Assembly (NCBI GenBank): GCA_026003075.1
Contig: BPGO01000003.1
Coordinates: 259,971 to 323,970 of the forward strand
DNA from: Fimbriimonadales bacterium
GTDB lineage: Bacteria; Armatimonadota; Fimbriimonadia; Fimbriimonadales; GBS-DC
Direction of reading: 5' to 3'
DNA length: 64,000 nucleotides
The notes below the pieces were generated by a model. It was not told where the DNA came from. It did no database searches and worked only from the letters and a program-made list of their open reading frames with translations. Below, piece after piece: positions 19,820 to 30,286 of this stretch. A program made the position numbers and the translations under genes. The stretch's first letter is position 1. Each line of letters begins with the position of its first letter.

Positions 19820-21652
19820 TCACTCCACCGTCACGCTCTTTGCCAAGTTGCGCGGTTGGTCGATTTCGCAGCCGCGCAAACGCGCCACATGATACGCGAA
19901 CAACTGGAGCACGGGAATAGTGGTCAGCGGTGCGAGTTCCTCAAGGATAGGCTTCGGCACGAACACCGTGTAGTCGGCTTCTTGGGGCAGCAGTTCATCG
20001 CCCTCGACGGTCACCAAGAACACCGTGCCCTGACGCGCCTTAATCTCTTTGAGGTTGCCCAGCAATTTCTCACGCGTGCGCTCTTGGGTGGCGATAATGA
20101 CCGCAATTACCCCTGGCTCCACCAAGGCGAGCGGACCGTGTTTCATCTCGCCTGCAGGCGGTTCTTGGGTGGGCACATAGGCGATTTCCTTGATCTTGAG
20201 CGCACCCTCCATCGCCACATAGGCGTCCACGCCGCGCCCTAAATAGAACGCGAGCGGCGTCCGGTACAGTTGCGCGGCGATTTGGCGCACCTGGGGCTCG
20301 GTCTCCAGCGCGCGGGCAATCAGCGAGGGCATCTGCATCAACCCCTTCACCCCCTCCGAGTAGACCTGCATCGGCAACGTGCCGTTAATCGAAGCCAGAT
20401 ACAACCCCAGCAGGTACAACACAGCCACTTGGGTGCTGTAGGCTTTGGTGGACGCGACGGAGATTTCGGGACCCGCTTGGGTGTAAATCACATGGTCGCA
20501 CTCGCGGGCGATGCTGCTGCCCACCACATTCACGATACCGAGCGTGGTATAGCCCGCCTCGCGACATAAGCGGAGCGCGGCGAGGGTGTCCGCCGTCTCA
20601 CCCGATTGACTGATAAACACTGCCAGCGTGTTGGGCTGCAAGATGGGGTCGCCGTAGCGGAACTCGGAGGAGTAGTACACCTCCACAGGGCGGCGCAACC
20701 AGCGTTCCAGCGCGTGCTTGCCGATGAGACCCGCGTGATATGCGGTACCACACGCCACAATCAGGATGCGCCGAAACTTCTGCCAGTCCTCCACCTCCAG
20801 TTTGAGCTCGGGGAACTGGATACCGCCGTTGGGCTTGAGCCTGCCCCGAAGCGTATCACGCACAGCTTCGGGCTGCTCCAGAATCTCTTTGATCATAAAA
20901 TGCTCGTGCCCACCCTTTTCGGCGGCTTCGGCAGACCAGGTGATTTCCACAGGGGGGCGTTCCACGGGTGCGCCGTCGAGGCGTGAGAGTCTCACCGAAT
21001 CGCGCGTGACTACACCCACATCGCCGTTCTCCAGCAGGATGACGCGCCGCGTGTAGGGCAACAGCGCGGGAATGTCGGACGCGATGAAGTTTTCGCCCTC
21101 ACCCAAGCCAATCACGAGGGGCGAATCGTTGCGAGCGACCACCACACGGTCGGGATAGTCCGTAAACAGCACGGCAATCGCATACGAGCCGCGCACGGGC
21201 TGCAACGCGCGTCGCACCGCCTCTTCGGGGGCATAGCCCTGCCCTAGCTGTTCTTCGATCAGGTGCGCCAGCACCTCCGTATCGGTCTCCGAACGGAACT
21301 GATGCCCCCGCGCGAGCAGTTCCTGCTTGAGCTCCAGATAGTTCTCAATGATGCCGTTATGCACGACGGCGACGCGCCCTTGTTCGTCGGTATGGGGGTG
21401 GGCGTTTGGATCGTTCGGAATGCCGTGCGTCGCCCAGCGCGTGTGGGAAACCGCCAATCCGTGCGCCTCCACGCCGTTCAGCAAGTCACTGAGCTGCTGA
21501 ATCTTGCCCGCACGCTTCATGACCTGCAGCGTTTCACCGCCCCAGAACGCGACGCCCGCTGAATCATAGCCCCGATATTCCAACCGTTTCAGGGTATCCA
21601 GCGCGACCTCCAGGGCTGGACGCGACCCGATATAGCCCGTGATTCCACACAT
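19820..21652 (-). CDS. glmS: Glutamine-fructose-6-phosphate aminotransferase
   Basis: MCGITG, RLEYRGYDSAG, HTRWATHG, SQSGETADT, PRNLAKSVTVE. Confidence 0.98.
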   Translation of the reverse strand: MCGITGYIGSRPALEVALDTLKRLEYRGYDSAGVAFWGGETLQVMKRAGKIQQLSDLLNGVEAHGLAVSHTRWATHGIPNDPNAHPHTDEQGRVAVVHNGIIENYLELKQELLARGHQFRSETDTEVLAHLIEEQLGQGYAPEEAVRRALQPVRGSYAIAVLFTDYPDRVVVARNDSPLVIGLGEGENFIASDIPALLPYTRRVILLENGDVGVVTRDSVRLSRLDGAPVERPPVEITWSAEAAEKGGHEHFMIKEILEQPEAVRDTLRGRLKPNGGIQFPELKLEVEDWQKFRRILIVACGTAYHAGLIGKHALERWLRRPVEVYYSSEFRYGDPILQPNTLAVFISQSGETADTLAALRLCREAGYTTLGIVNVVGSSIARECDHVIYTQAGPEISVASTKAYSTQVAVLYLLGLYLASINGTLPMQVYSEGVKGLMQMPSLIARALETEPQVRQIAAQLYRTPLAFYLGRGVDAYVAMEGALKIKEIAYVPTQEPPAGEMKHGPLALVEPGVIAVIIATQERTREKLLGNLKEIKARQGTVFLVTVEGDELLPQEADYTVFVPKPILEELAPLTTIPVLQLFAYHVARLRGCEIDQPRNLAKSVTVE

Positions 21653-21794
21653 AACGATAGATCCTCTCATGGGGATTATACCATTCCGAAACAACCGCTA
21701 AGCGAACTGCCCGCTTTTTCGCCTTTTTTGAGTCGGTTATCACAGGAAGCCCAGTGAGGAGGCTTCCACTGACAACGATGGAGGTGCATTCGAT

Positions 21795-21976
21795 GAAACA
21801 AGCAAACCTTCGATGGAGCCTGTCGGCATCACTTCGCCAGCTTGGCAGGTACAGCGATTCTGTATGACCAAACCTTCAGCCAAAGCTTCACCGTGCTCGT
21901 GCCTGAGCCTGCCAGTATGATTGCGCTGGGCACGGGGTTGGTCGGGCTCCTTGCTGCGCGCCGACGACGCAAGTAG
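21795..21976 (+). pseudogene. PEP-CTERM protein 3' remnant
   Basis: Manual translation ...LYDQTFSQSFTVLVPEPASMIALGTGLVGLLAARRRRK*; in-frame stops upstream. Confidence 0.8.
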
Positions 21977-22232
21977 CCTTTTATAAATCCTTACCCTTAC
22001 TTTCCGCCCTCCTCGTCTGCAAAGGGCGAGGGGGGCTTGAGTACGCATCGCCAAGACACCGTAAGTGACGGAGGATCCCTCTGTATGAGCGCGCCTTTCA
22101 CCTCTATACGGGTATCCTCCCCTCGCACAAGCGCAAAGCCGTTCGACAGCACCGACGCCATCATACCCGGTATAATCTCGGGTTGGGTTGACCATCCGAG
22201 ATCCTGGTATCGCAGCAGTCGGGAGGCTCTTT

Positions 22233-22910
22233 ATGGCACGCAAGATAGAACGAATCGTGTGGCATACTGCGGCACATGGACGCGACGGTCAAGCGTTTGA
22301 TACTACCGCCGCGCAGATGGACCAGTGGCATCGCGAGCGCGGCTGGAGCGAAATCGGCTATAATGTGGTCATCCGCTTCGACGGTACGATTGAAAAAGGA
22401 CGCGACCCGCGCAAAATCCCCGCAGGAGTCGCTGGCATCAATGAGACCACCTACCACCTCTGTTTTTCTGGGCATGGCGACATTGCCCCGCTGACCCCGC
22501 AGCAACTGCAAAGCGGCGTGCAGCATACCATCGCGATGCTCCAGAAATATGGCTTGACGGAGCGGTTCCTGAACGAACCGGAGGGGCTTATAGTCATGGG
22601 GCATCGCGAGGTGAACGAGCTGGTCAAGCGAGGTTTAGCTCCCACACCCACTCTTAAGACCTGTCCCGGAAAGTTGGTGGATATGAATCAAATCCGCCTT
22701 CTGATACGCCAGCGGCTCATATCGATGCCTGCGGCGACCTACACCTACGATTCCCATGCGGCAGGGGAGCTTTTTGAGGGGCTACGACAAGTGTACAGCG
22801 CTGCAGCGCGCCTGAAACTGCCCGAGGAGACGCTCGCTGCTTTGAACCAGTTCCGGAAGCAGCCCGAGGTGGATGCACTCATCGATCGGTGGCTTCAGGA
22901 AAATCGCTAA
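22233..22910 (+). CDS. N-acetylmuramoyl-L-alanine amidase (Amidase_2, T7-lysozyme-like)
   Basis: IVWHTAA, WHRERGWSEIGYNVVI, GHRE, KTCPG; GGAGG upstream of MARKIE. Confidence 0.88.
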   Translation: MARKIERIVWHTAAHGRDGQAFDTTAAQMDQWHRERGWSEIGYNVVIRFDGTIEKGRDPRKIPAGVAGINETTYHLCFSGHGDIAPLTPQQLQSGVQHTIAMLQKYGLTERFLNEPEGLIVMGHREVNELVKRGLAPTPTLKTCPGKLVDMNQIRLLIRQRLISMPAATYTYDSHAAGELFEGLRQVYSAAARLKLPEETLAALNQFRKQPEVDALIDRWLQENR

Positions 22911-23023
22911 CCTTGCATCCGTTTCAGGGATACTCGTCGCGCTTTATGAGGATGGCTTGCGTGGCGTTTTCCCAGTGCGCTTCGAGGTAGGTTAGGCGTG
23001 TTGGGACAAGACCATGAGGGGCG

Positions 23024-24325
23024 TCATGCGCCCGTAATCCGATGGATCCATCGGAGCGTGCGTTGGAGCGCGTGGTCGTCGGCGATTTGCCTGGCTTGCT
23101 CCAGCGCGTCCTGCGCCTGCCCCAGACGCCCAAGCGCGTGGCAGACCTCGTACAGCGTCATCAGGTAGTTCACTTGCGTGGCGGGGAGCGGGTTCTCTGG
23201 CGGCGTCAAAAGCTCCATCGCGTGATGGGGTTGTCCGACTCGGGTAAGCACCAGTGCGCGGGAGATACACTCGTGTTGACGCTCAGCGAGATTGTCGGAG
23301 CGCTGCAAACTTTGAAGCCCGTGTTCGGCGGCACCCAGCGCTTCGTCGGAGCGACGCGCTTGAGCGTAATATTCCGCCATGCCCCGATAGAACCACGATT
23401 CGTACTCGGGCCACGGCGCAAACTGAGGCAGCCAATCGTGCAGAATCGACGCTGCTTCCAGAAGCCGTTTCTCGGTCAGTTCGGTGGTTTCAGCGCACTC
23501 GATAGCAATTGCCATAATTAGCCATGCGGCGTTGCGTGGGAACGGGCGTTCCCTGTCCAGCAGGCGTAGTCCGCGATAGGCATAGTTGGACGCCTGAGAT
23601 ACGCGCCCGTGCAGAGTGTACCACTGGCAGCAGAGCGTGTAGACCCACTGCAAGAGCGCGCCGTGTTGCGGGTATCGGCGCACATGCCACCATGTCTGCC
23701 CTTCCAGTGTTAGGAGGCGCAGTTCCATCCCTTCGGTCGCGCCTTGCCACAGCAGCTGTTTCAACGCTTCCGCCTGCATTTCGAGCGCGGTGGCGTCTTC
23801 CCGACCGGGGTGTGGGCTTGGGGGCGCAAGCCAGAGCGAGCGTGTGAGGATAAAGGCGACCTCCTCCGGCGTGGCTTGCAAGACATAACAGAGCGCGTGC
23901 AGGTGTTCATCCGACGGGATGATGTGCGACCGCTCCCAATCGCGCACGCTGCGTTCCGACACTTCCAGCGCACAGGACACCTGAGCGACGCTCCAGCCGC
24001 GGCGCAGGCGCAGAGCGCGCAACAGGTCGCCCAGCAACGGCGGGTTCAGCTCCCCAGACGGGTGAGGCATTTGGCGGGTCAGTTGTTGCAGAGTAGCTAA
24101 GGCGCGCGGCGCATGCAGCAGGCGCAACGCCTCCAAGCGCTCCGCTGCAGAAACGCCCATCGCTTGAAGCACTTGCTCCAATTCCGGAATCGAAGGGCGC
24201 GTCTGCTCACGCTCCCAACGGTTCACAGTGCTGGGCGACAGGCGCGCACGCCGCGCCAACTGATGCTGCGACAACCCCCGCTGCTGGCGCGCCCGGCGAA
24301 TCCACGCGCCAATCGTTTGCGCCAT
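23024..24325 (-). CDS. XRE-family regulator with two HTH domains and TPR-like C-terminus
   Basis: IRRARQQRGLSQHQLA...TVNRWER and LRALRLRRGWSVAQV...SVRDWER; helical C-terminal region. Confidence 0.85.
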   Translation of the reverse strand: MAQTIGAWIRRARQQRGLSQHQLARRARLSPSTVNRWEREQTRPSIPELEQVLQAMGVSAAERLEALRLLHAPRALATLQQLTRQMPHPSGELNPPLLGDLLRALRLRRGWSVAQVSCALEVSERSVRDWERSHIIPSDEHLHALCYVLQATPEEVAFILTRSLWLAPPSPHPGREDATALEMQAEALKQLLWQGATEGMELRLLTLEGQTWWHVRRYPQHGALLQWVYTLCCQWYTLHGRVSQASNYAYRGLRLLDRERPFPRNAAWLIMAIAIECAETTELTEKRLLEAASILHDWLPQFAPWPEYESWFYRGMAEYYAQARRSDEALGAAEHGLQSLQRSDNLAERQHECISRALVLTRVGQPHHAMELLTPPENPLPATQVNYLMTLYEVCHALGRLGQAQDALEQARQIADDHALQRTLRWIHRITGA

Positions 24326-24442
24326 CCCGATGCCTCCTACTCTATTATGCCCCATGAACGCCTCGTATTTTGCAATTTCACCTCCATGCACCTTCTACGC
24401 CCCTAAAGTGGGCTATCCTAAGTGTAGGCAGGAGATGAGACC

Positions 24443-25729
24443 ATGCAACAGCACGATTGGAGTCGAGCAAACAGAGCGCGTTTGAATCGCCCCACTGCGA
24501 GAATCGTTTGGCTCGCGCTGGTGATGGTGTACAGCGCAACGTACTCAATTCATGCCCAGTCGCTCACATGGTTGGGGACATTCGGAAACCCTTACAGCAG
24601 TGCGCGGGATGTGTCGGACGACGGGAGTGTGGTCGTGGGTTCGTCCCGATTCGACAACTACAACCGCGCCTTCCGCTGGACGCGCACGGGCGGCATGCAG
24701 AATCTGGGCACTTTGCCCCAACACACCTATAGCGAGGGCTATGGGGTCTCCGCAGATGGGAACCGCGTCACAGGGACTGCGTATTATGTGATCCCCTACG
24801 GTGGGAGCGAACGGGCGTTTCTTTGGGTTTTTGGAAGCGGGATGCGCGACATCGGAAATCTGCCAGGGTCGCCCGTCAACACCGCGCTGGACATTTCTCG
24901 CGATGGCGCCACGATCGTTGGCTGGGGACGAGACTATGGGTATGCAATCCGAGCCTTCCGATGGACCTCCGGCACAGGGATGGTGAGCCTCGGCACCCTG
25001 GGCGGAAATGAGAGCCGAGCCAACGGCGTGTCCCGCGACGGAAGCGTCGTGGTCGGCTGGTCGTATAACCATTTGGGTGAACGGTGGGCGTTCTATTGGA
25101 CGCGCGCCGCAGGTATGCAAGTCCTGTACCCGCTTGCTGCTTGCTGTGGCGAAGCGAACGCCGTCTCGGATAATGGTCAAATCATCGTGGGACGCTCCCA
25201 CTCTGCCCAAACCGAGCATTGGCACGCCTGTATGTGGGCGTGGGACGGCTACGGCTATTCCGTCAGCGACTTGGGCACTTTGGGCGGCAACGAAAGCGTC
25301 GCACAGGGCTGCACGAACAACCGTGAAGTGGTCGGCTGGGCACATACGACCTCCGGCGCACGGCGCGCCTTCCGCTGGACGCCCAACGGCGGCATGGAAA
25401 ACCTCTCCGAGACCTTCGCACGCCTACTCAGCCCCGGCTCATATCTGGAGATTGCCTTCGCCATCACGCCAGATGGGCGCTACATTGTAGGGCAAGGTTA
25501 CAACGCGGCGGCAGGGCGCACCGAAGCGTTCTTACTGGACACGCGCTGCGTCACTCATAACGGCGACATCGACGACAACGGATGCGTGGACGACGCCGAC
25601 CTGCTTGCGGTGCTGTTCGCGTTTGGCGGCGCAGGGCAAGATTTGGGGCGCGTCGATACCAACTGCGACGGCGTGGTGGATGACGCGGATCTGCTGATGG
25701 TGCTGTTCAACTTCGGGCAAGGGTGTTAA
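24443..25729 (+). CDS. Secreted HAF-repeat protein with C-terminal dockerin-like domain
   Basis: Signal peptide ending IHA-QS; repeats AFRWT...GM..LGTLGG..S.A.GVS.DG.VVVG; two DDADLL motifs. Confidence 0.9.
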   Translation: MQQHDWSRANRARLNRPTARIVWLALVMVYSATYSIHAQSLTWLGTFGNPYSSARDVSDDGSVVVGSSRFDNYNRAFRWTRTGGMQNLGTLPQHTYSEGYGVSADGNRVTGTAYYVIPYGGSERAFLWVFGSGMRDIGNLPGSPVNTALDISRDGATIVGWGRDYGYAIRAFRWTSGTGMVSLGTLGGNESRANGVSRDGSVVVGWSYNHLGERWAFYWTRAAGMQVLYPLAACCGEANAVSDNGQIIVGRSHSAQTEHWHACMWAWDGYGYSVSDLGTLGGNESVAQGCTNNREVVGWAHTTSGARRAFRWTPNGGMENLSETFARLLSPGSYLEIAFAITPDGRYIVGQGYNAAAGRTEAFLLDTRCVTHNGDIDDNGCVDDADLLAVLFAFGGAGQDLGRVDTNCDGVVDDADLLMVLFNFGQGC

Positions 25730-25807
25730 CCCCAACAGTCAAGTGAAGCAGGGGCATTCGGAGGTGTTTCCTCCTCCCCACAGATCCTCATGCGCACGGA
25801 TGGGGCT

Positions 25808-25837
25808 GCGGCAGCCGAGCGCGAGCTCCGCTGCCGC
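25808..25837 (+). terminator. GC-rich hairpin after the HAF gene
   Basis: GCGGCAGCCGAGC-GCGA-GCTCCGCTGCCGC imperfect inverted repeat. Confidence 0.45.
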
Positions 25838-26053
25838 GCTTGCATCACTGGAACTCTAATAACACCTACCTCAAATCCCAAAATTTGCCATTTCGCAAAA
25901 CAGGACTAAAGTCCCCCCTCTATTTTTTTAAATCCATGCTATAATAGTGTTGAGGTATTTTCGTAGAGACTTCGGAACGCAACAGGGCGTCTTTTGTTGC
26001 CTCCTTATTCTCCCACGAAAATTTCTCTACTCTTGCAGCAAGGAGAATTGTTT

Positions 26054-29000
26054 ATGCATTCACTTAAACGGAGTGCCTTTTCAAGAGGTTTTGTGCTTTC
26101 TGTCGCGCTCGTGCTGGCGTCGGTTATATGGGCGCAGCCCGATTTGCCCATTCCAGCGCCGCCGCCAACGGCGCCGCCGTTGGATCGACCTGTGTTTGAA
26201 CCGCCTGCGCCGCGCGCGCCTGCGGAGCACCCCACCCGTGATAGGACCCGACGGGAACCCCGTCGCGCCGATTTATGAAACTACCCAGAAACGCACCCGC
26301 CCCAACACGCCCGACAGTAACGCCCCTGCTGAAGGCTTCACGCACGGCGGCGACGGGGAATCTGTGGGCAAAATTGGCGACCCGTTCGTGTTGCCTTTTG
26401 GAACCAAAGGCGAGCGCGTGGCAATCGCTTTTCGCAACGGCGACTTCGTTCCTCCTGTAGGGGAGAAGGTTCAGCCAGCCCTGCGCCTACTTGCGGCGCA
26501 ACGCGCCCAGGCGTTCAATCCCGCTGCAGGCAGCTCACGCCCCATGGTTCACGCGCTGATTCTGTTCAACGAACGGTTGAGCGACGGCATGCGGGCGCAG
26601 ATGGAAGCCGCAGGCATCGAATTTCACGGCTTCTATCCCTACAACGCCTATCAAGCGCGTATCCCTGTGGACGCACTGGCGCGGCTGGAAGCCACCCAAG
26701 CCGTACGCTGGGTGGGCATGCCCGAACCGATTCAGAAATTGGACCCCGTGCTGGCGCCGCTGATGCAAAAAGGCGGAACGGAGCGCGTACCCCTCTATGT
26801 CAATCTCATCGGAGATGACCCCAGCGGTTCCGTCCGCGCCACCCTGCAAGCGGCGGGGCTAACCGTGTATACCTACCACCCTGACCTGCATTTCTATTAT
26901 GCCGAAGGCAACGCCCAAGCCATCTGGAACGCGCTCTCGATGGACAGTGTGCTGTTTATCGAACCCGTGCCCGTGTCCACCCCGGCGCACACGGAATCGC
27001 AACCCTCCATCAACGCCGACCGACTGTGGGGCACTGAGTTCGATGGGCGCCCACGCGATGGACGGCAAATCAAAATCGGCGTGATGGACAGCGGCATGAA
27101 CACCAGCCACCAGGACTTCAGCAACCTATCTGGCGGAATGTTCGGCTACAACCGCACCACGGAGCAGAACTGGTGGAACGACCTGCACGGGCACGGCACC
27201 CATGTGTCGGGCACGCTGTTTGGGGAAGGCAACGCCCAGTTCCGCTATCGCGGGTTCGCCGCCGGGTTTCAAGAGTCGGGCTTGGAACAGTTTGACTTAT
27301 TACATAGCAAAGTGTTCCGTTCTAACGGTTCTTCCGAAGGCAATTCCGTGGGTGAAGGGCTGGAAGATATGCGCGGGCGCGGGAATAACACGATCAAGCG
27401 TCATCTGTTCAACTACAGTGGCGGCTTTACGGGTACCAATTTACCTGGTACCGATGCGCAGTCGCGCACGGTCGATCTCGCCTTTGGCGAGGATATTTTG
27501 CCCGTGATTGCCGCAGGGAATGAAGGTTCCAACGCGGGCACAGTGCGCGGACCGGGCGTCGCCAAGGGCGCGCTCACCGTCGGCAACATTTGGGATGACG
27601 GCGAGACCACCACCGACACGATGGCGCCCGACTCCTCACGCGGACCTACCGGCGACAATCGCTTCAAGCCCGATGTGGTTGCGCCCGGACGCTGGATCGA
27701 CTCGACCAGTAATACCGACAACAGCGGCTACCTCTTCGGCTGGAACGGCACTTCGATGGCTGCCCCCCATGTGGCGGGCTTAGCGGCGACGCTCAAACTC
27801 CACTACAACTGGCCCGCGTGGGCCATCCGTGCGATTCTGATGGGCACAGCAATTGATCTGGGGTTGGGACGCAATAATCAGGGTCTGGGCAAGGTCGATG
27901 CCCTCTTGGCGCATTACGCTTGGAACGGCGGCTGGGAAACCTGGTTCTGGGCGAACGGCGGCACAGGCGATGTGCGCTATATCGATGTGAATGTACCCGC
28001 AGGCGTTTCCCGCATGCGCGTGACCTTGGTGTATCCCGATCCCCCTGCATCGGCAGGGGCAAGCATCGCCCTCGTGAACGACCTTGACCTCTATGTGCAA
28101 ACAGGCACGCTGACTACCAATGCCTCGGGACAGTGGAGCTCGCTCTCTGCACGCAACAATGTGGAGGTCATCGAGATTAACAACCCCGCCGCGGGAACCT
28201 ACCGCGTGAAGGTTTATACCTACGCGCTGAACTCCGGTAGTTCCCAGTCGTGGGCGTTCAACATCCACTGGACTTTCGGGAGCCAATCGCCGAATGTGAA
28301 CCTAAGCCTCACCGCGCCGGCGGCTGTGAAGCCCAGTACGAACTTCACCGTCACGGGCACTGCGTCGGCAGGGTCGTATGTCGCCTCGGGGGTGTTTGCA
28401 CAGCTCACCGTGCCGACGGGCGGCTTGACGCGCAATGGACTGACCTATTTCCGTCGCGCACCCAACGGTGGGGAGGAGAGCGTCTACTTCAGCGGCGTGG
28501 TCGGCAAAAACATGGGCAATATCGGACATACCCTCAGCCGCAAGTTCGAGTGGAGCATGACCAGCGGCGCTACCGAAGGCACCCGCACCGTGCGCATGAG
28601 CGCGTCCTCCAGCAACGGCGGCAGCGCAACGCTGGATCGCTCTATCATCGTGGATGGCACATCCCCTACCAACTGGAGCAACTTCAGCCCCGCGGACTGG
28701 ATCAACACCCAGACCCCCACCTGTCGATTCAGGTACAGGATGTGCTGGCAGGACTCAACACCAGTGCGCTCTTCTACTGGTACTACACGCCTGGCACGGG
28801 CACACAGGGTCCGTTCACAGCGACCACCAGCGCCTCGAACGGAACCACCGCCCTGGCGACGATCAACGCGCCGAATGTGCCGTTCAACACCGATAGCACC
28901 GGCACACAAGCGCAGGTCTATTTCCGCGCCTATGACCGTGCCGGCAACTACAGCGACAGCGGCTGGCAACAAGTGCGCATCGACACCGTCGCACCCGGCG

Positions 29001-30159
29001 ACTGGCAGAACTTCACGCCCAGCGGACAGGTCTACGGTACCCGAATCACTTGCACTATCCAAGTGCGCGATGTGAGCGTCTGGACTGAATGTAGGGCTGG
29101 GCTACTATCGCTACTCCACTGATGGCGGCGCCACATGGTCTGCATGGATCCTGGGTAGCACAACAGGCGCAAACGGCACAACCGCCTTCCAAACCATCAC
29201 TGCGCTCAATGTACCCTTCCCGAACGCCAGCGCAACCCAGAACCTCATCCAGTTCGCGATTCGCGACATCGCAGGCAACTGGGGCTATAGTCCAACCTAC
29301 ACTGTGAACACCACCGACGCTTTCACCCTGACCGATGGAAGTGCGACCTACACCGTACGCCATACCTTCGGTGGTGTGTACCGCACAGGCGCGCAGCGGC
29401 GGCTCCACCGACTTCAATGTGGGCAGCGGCGACCGCATGTTCCAACAGTGGTGGTGGTATCGCACGCAAGGCTCCAACCGCGAGTTCGCGTTGTCGAACC
29501 TCGTGGCATACAACCGCCCCAGCGCGAACCGAATCGTGTTGACCTACGAAGAGCCTGTGGACACTGACCCTGCCCAACGCTACCAGATCCAACTCGATTA
29601 CCGCTTGGAGCAAGTTGGGGCAGGAGCTGCGCGTGTCGTGGTTTCCTACCGCGTCACCAACTTGACCAGCAGCAGTCAACTGCTGAACCTATTCCACTAT
29701 GTTGACTTCGACGGCGGTAGCGACACGATTCAAGTGTTGAACTCCGGGCGCATTCGTCAGATGTTCGGCACAGGCGGTTGCGCCGAGCTGAACGCAGACC
29801 CCGCAGCAAACCGCTGGGAAGTGGGTGTGTTCCCCACCGTTCGTGATAAACTGATCAACACGGCAGCGGACAATCTTTCGAATGCGAACTCGGCAACCGG
29901 TGATGTGTCCGCAGCGATGCAGTGGGTGCGCTCACTCGGCGCCTCCGGCGTTATGAGCGGCGTGGTCGTGCAGTCGCTCAACATGCCCCGACTCATGGGG
30001 GATGTCAACGGCGATTGCATCGTGGATGACGCTGACCTGTTGGAGGTGTTGTTCAACTTCGGCGCTACGAGCGACGCCACCGCCGACCTGAACTGCGACG
30101 GCGTTGTAGACGACGCTGACCTGCTCATCGTGCTGTTCAACTTCGGCAGTAGCTGTTGA
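26054..30159 (+). CDS. Secreted S8 subtilisin-like protease with C-terminal dockerin-like domain; four apparent frameshifts (~26232, ~28724, ~29077, ~29392)
   Basis: Signal peptide MHSLKR...IWA-Q; triad GVMDSG, HGTHVSG, GTSMAAPHVAG; segments in different frames join; ends DDADLLIVLFNFGSSC. Confidence 0.88.
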
Positions 30160-30176
30160 GGTTCATTCCAACACGG

Positions 30177-30203
30177 AGGGCGCAAAGATGCTCTTTGCGC
30201 CCT
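30177..30203 (+). terminator. Hairpin after the protease gene
   Basis: AGGGCGCAAAG-ATGCT-CTTTGCGCCCT perfect 11-bp stem. Confidence 0.65.
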
Positions 30204-30286
30204 TCATAGAGTATCCCTCGACGCGCACAAGCCCCCTGCTGCGCCGAACCTCGCGGTTTGAAATTCGCATCGGTATAATGTTGACT

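Noticed and set aside
22233-22910. Prophage suggested by the amidase and XRE regulator
   Set aside because: No structural, terminase, holin or integrase genes nearby.
26054-30159. Four frameshifts in the subtilase as programmed recoding or true pseudogenisation
   Set aside because: Catalytic motifs are intact, I saw no in-frame nonsense codons in the joined segments, and similar small indels occur at ~105 and ~32360; assembly error is the simpler explanation pending read data.
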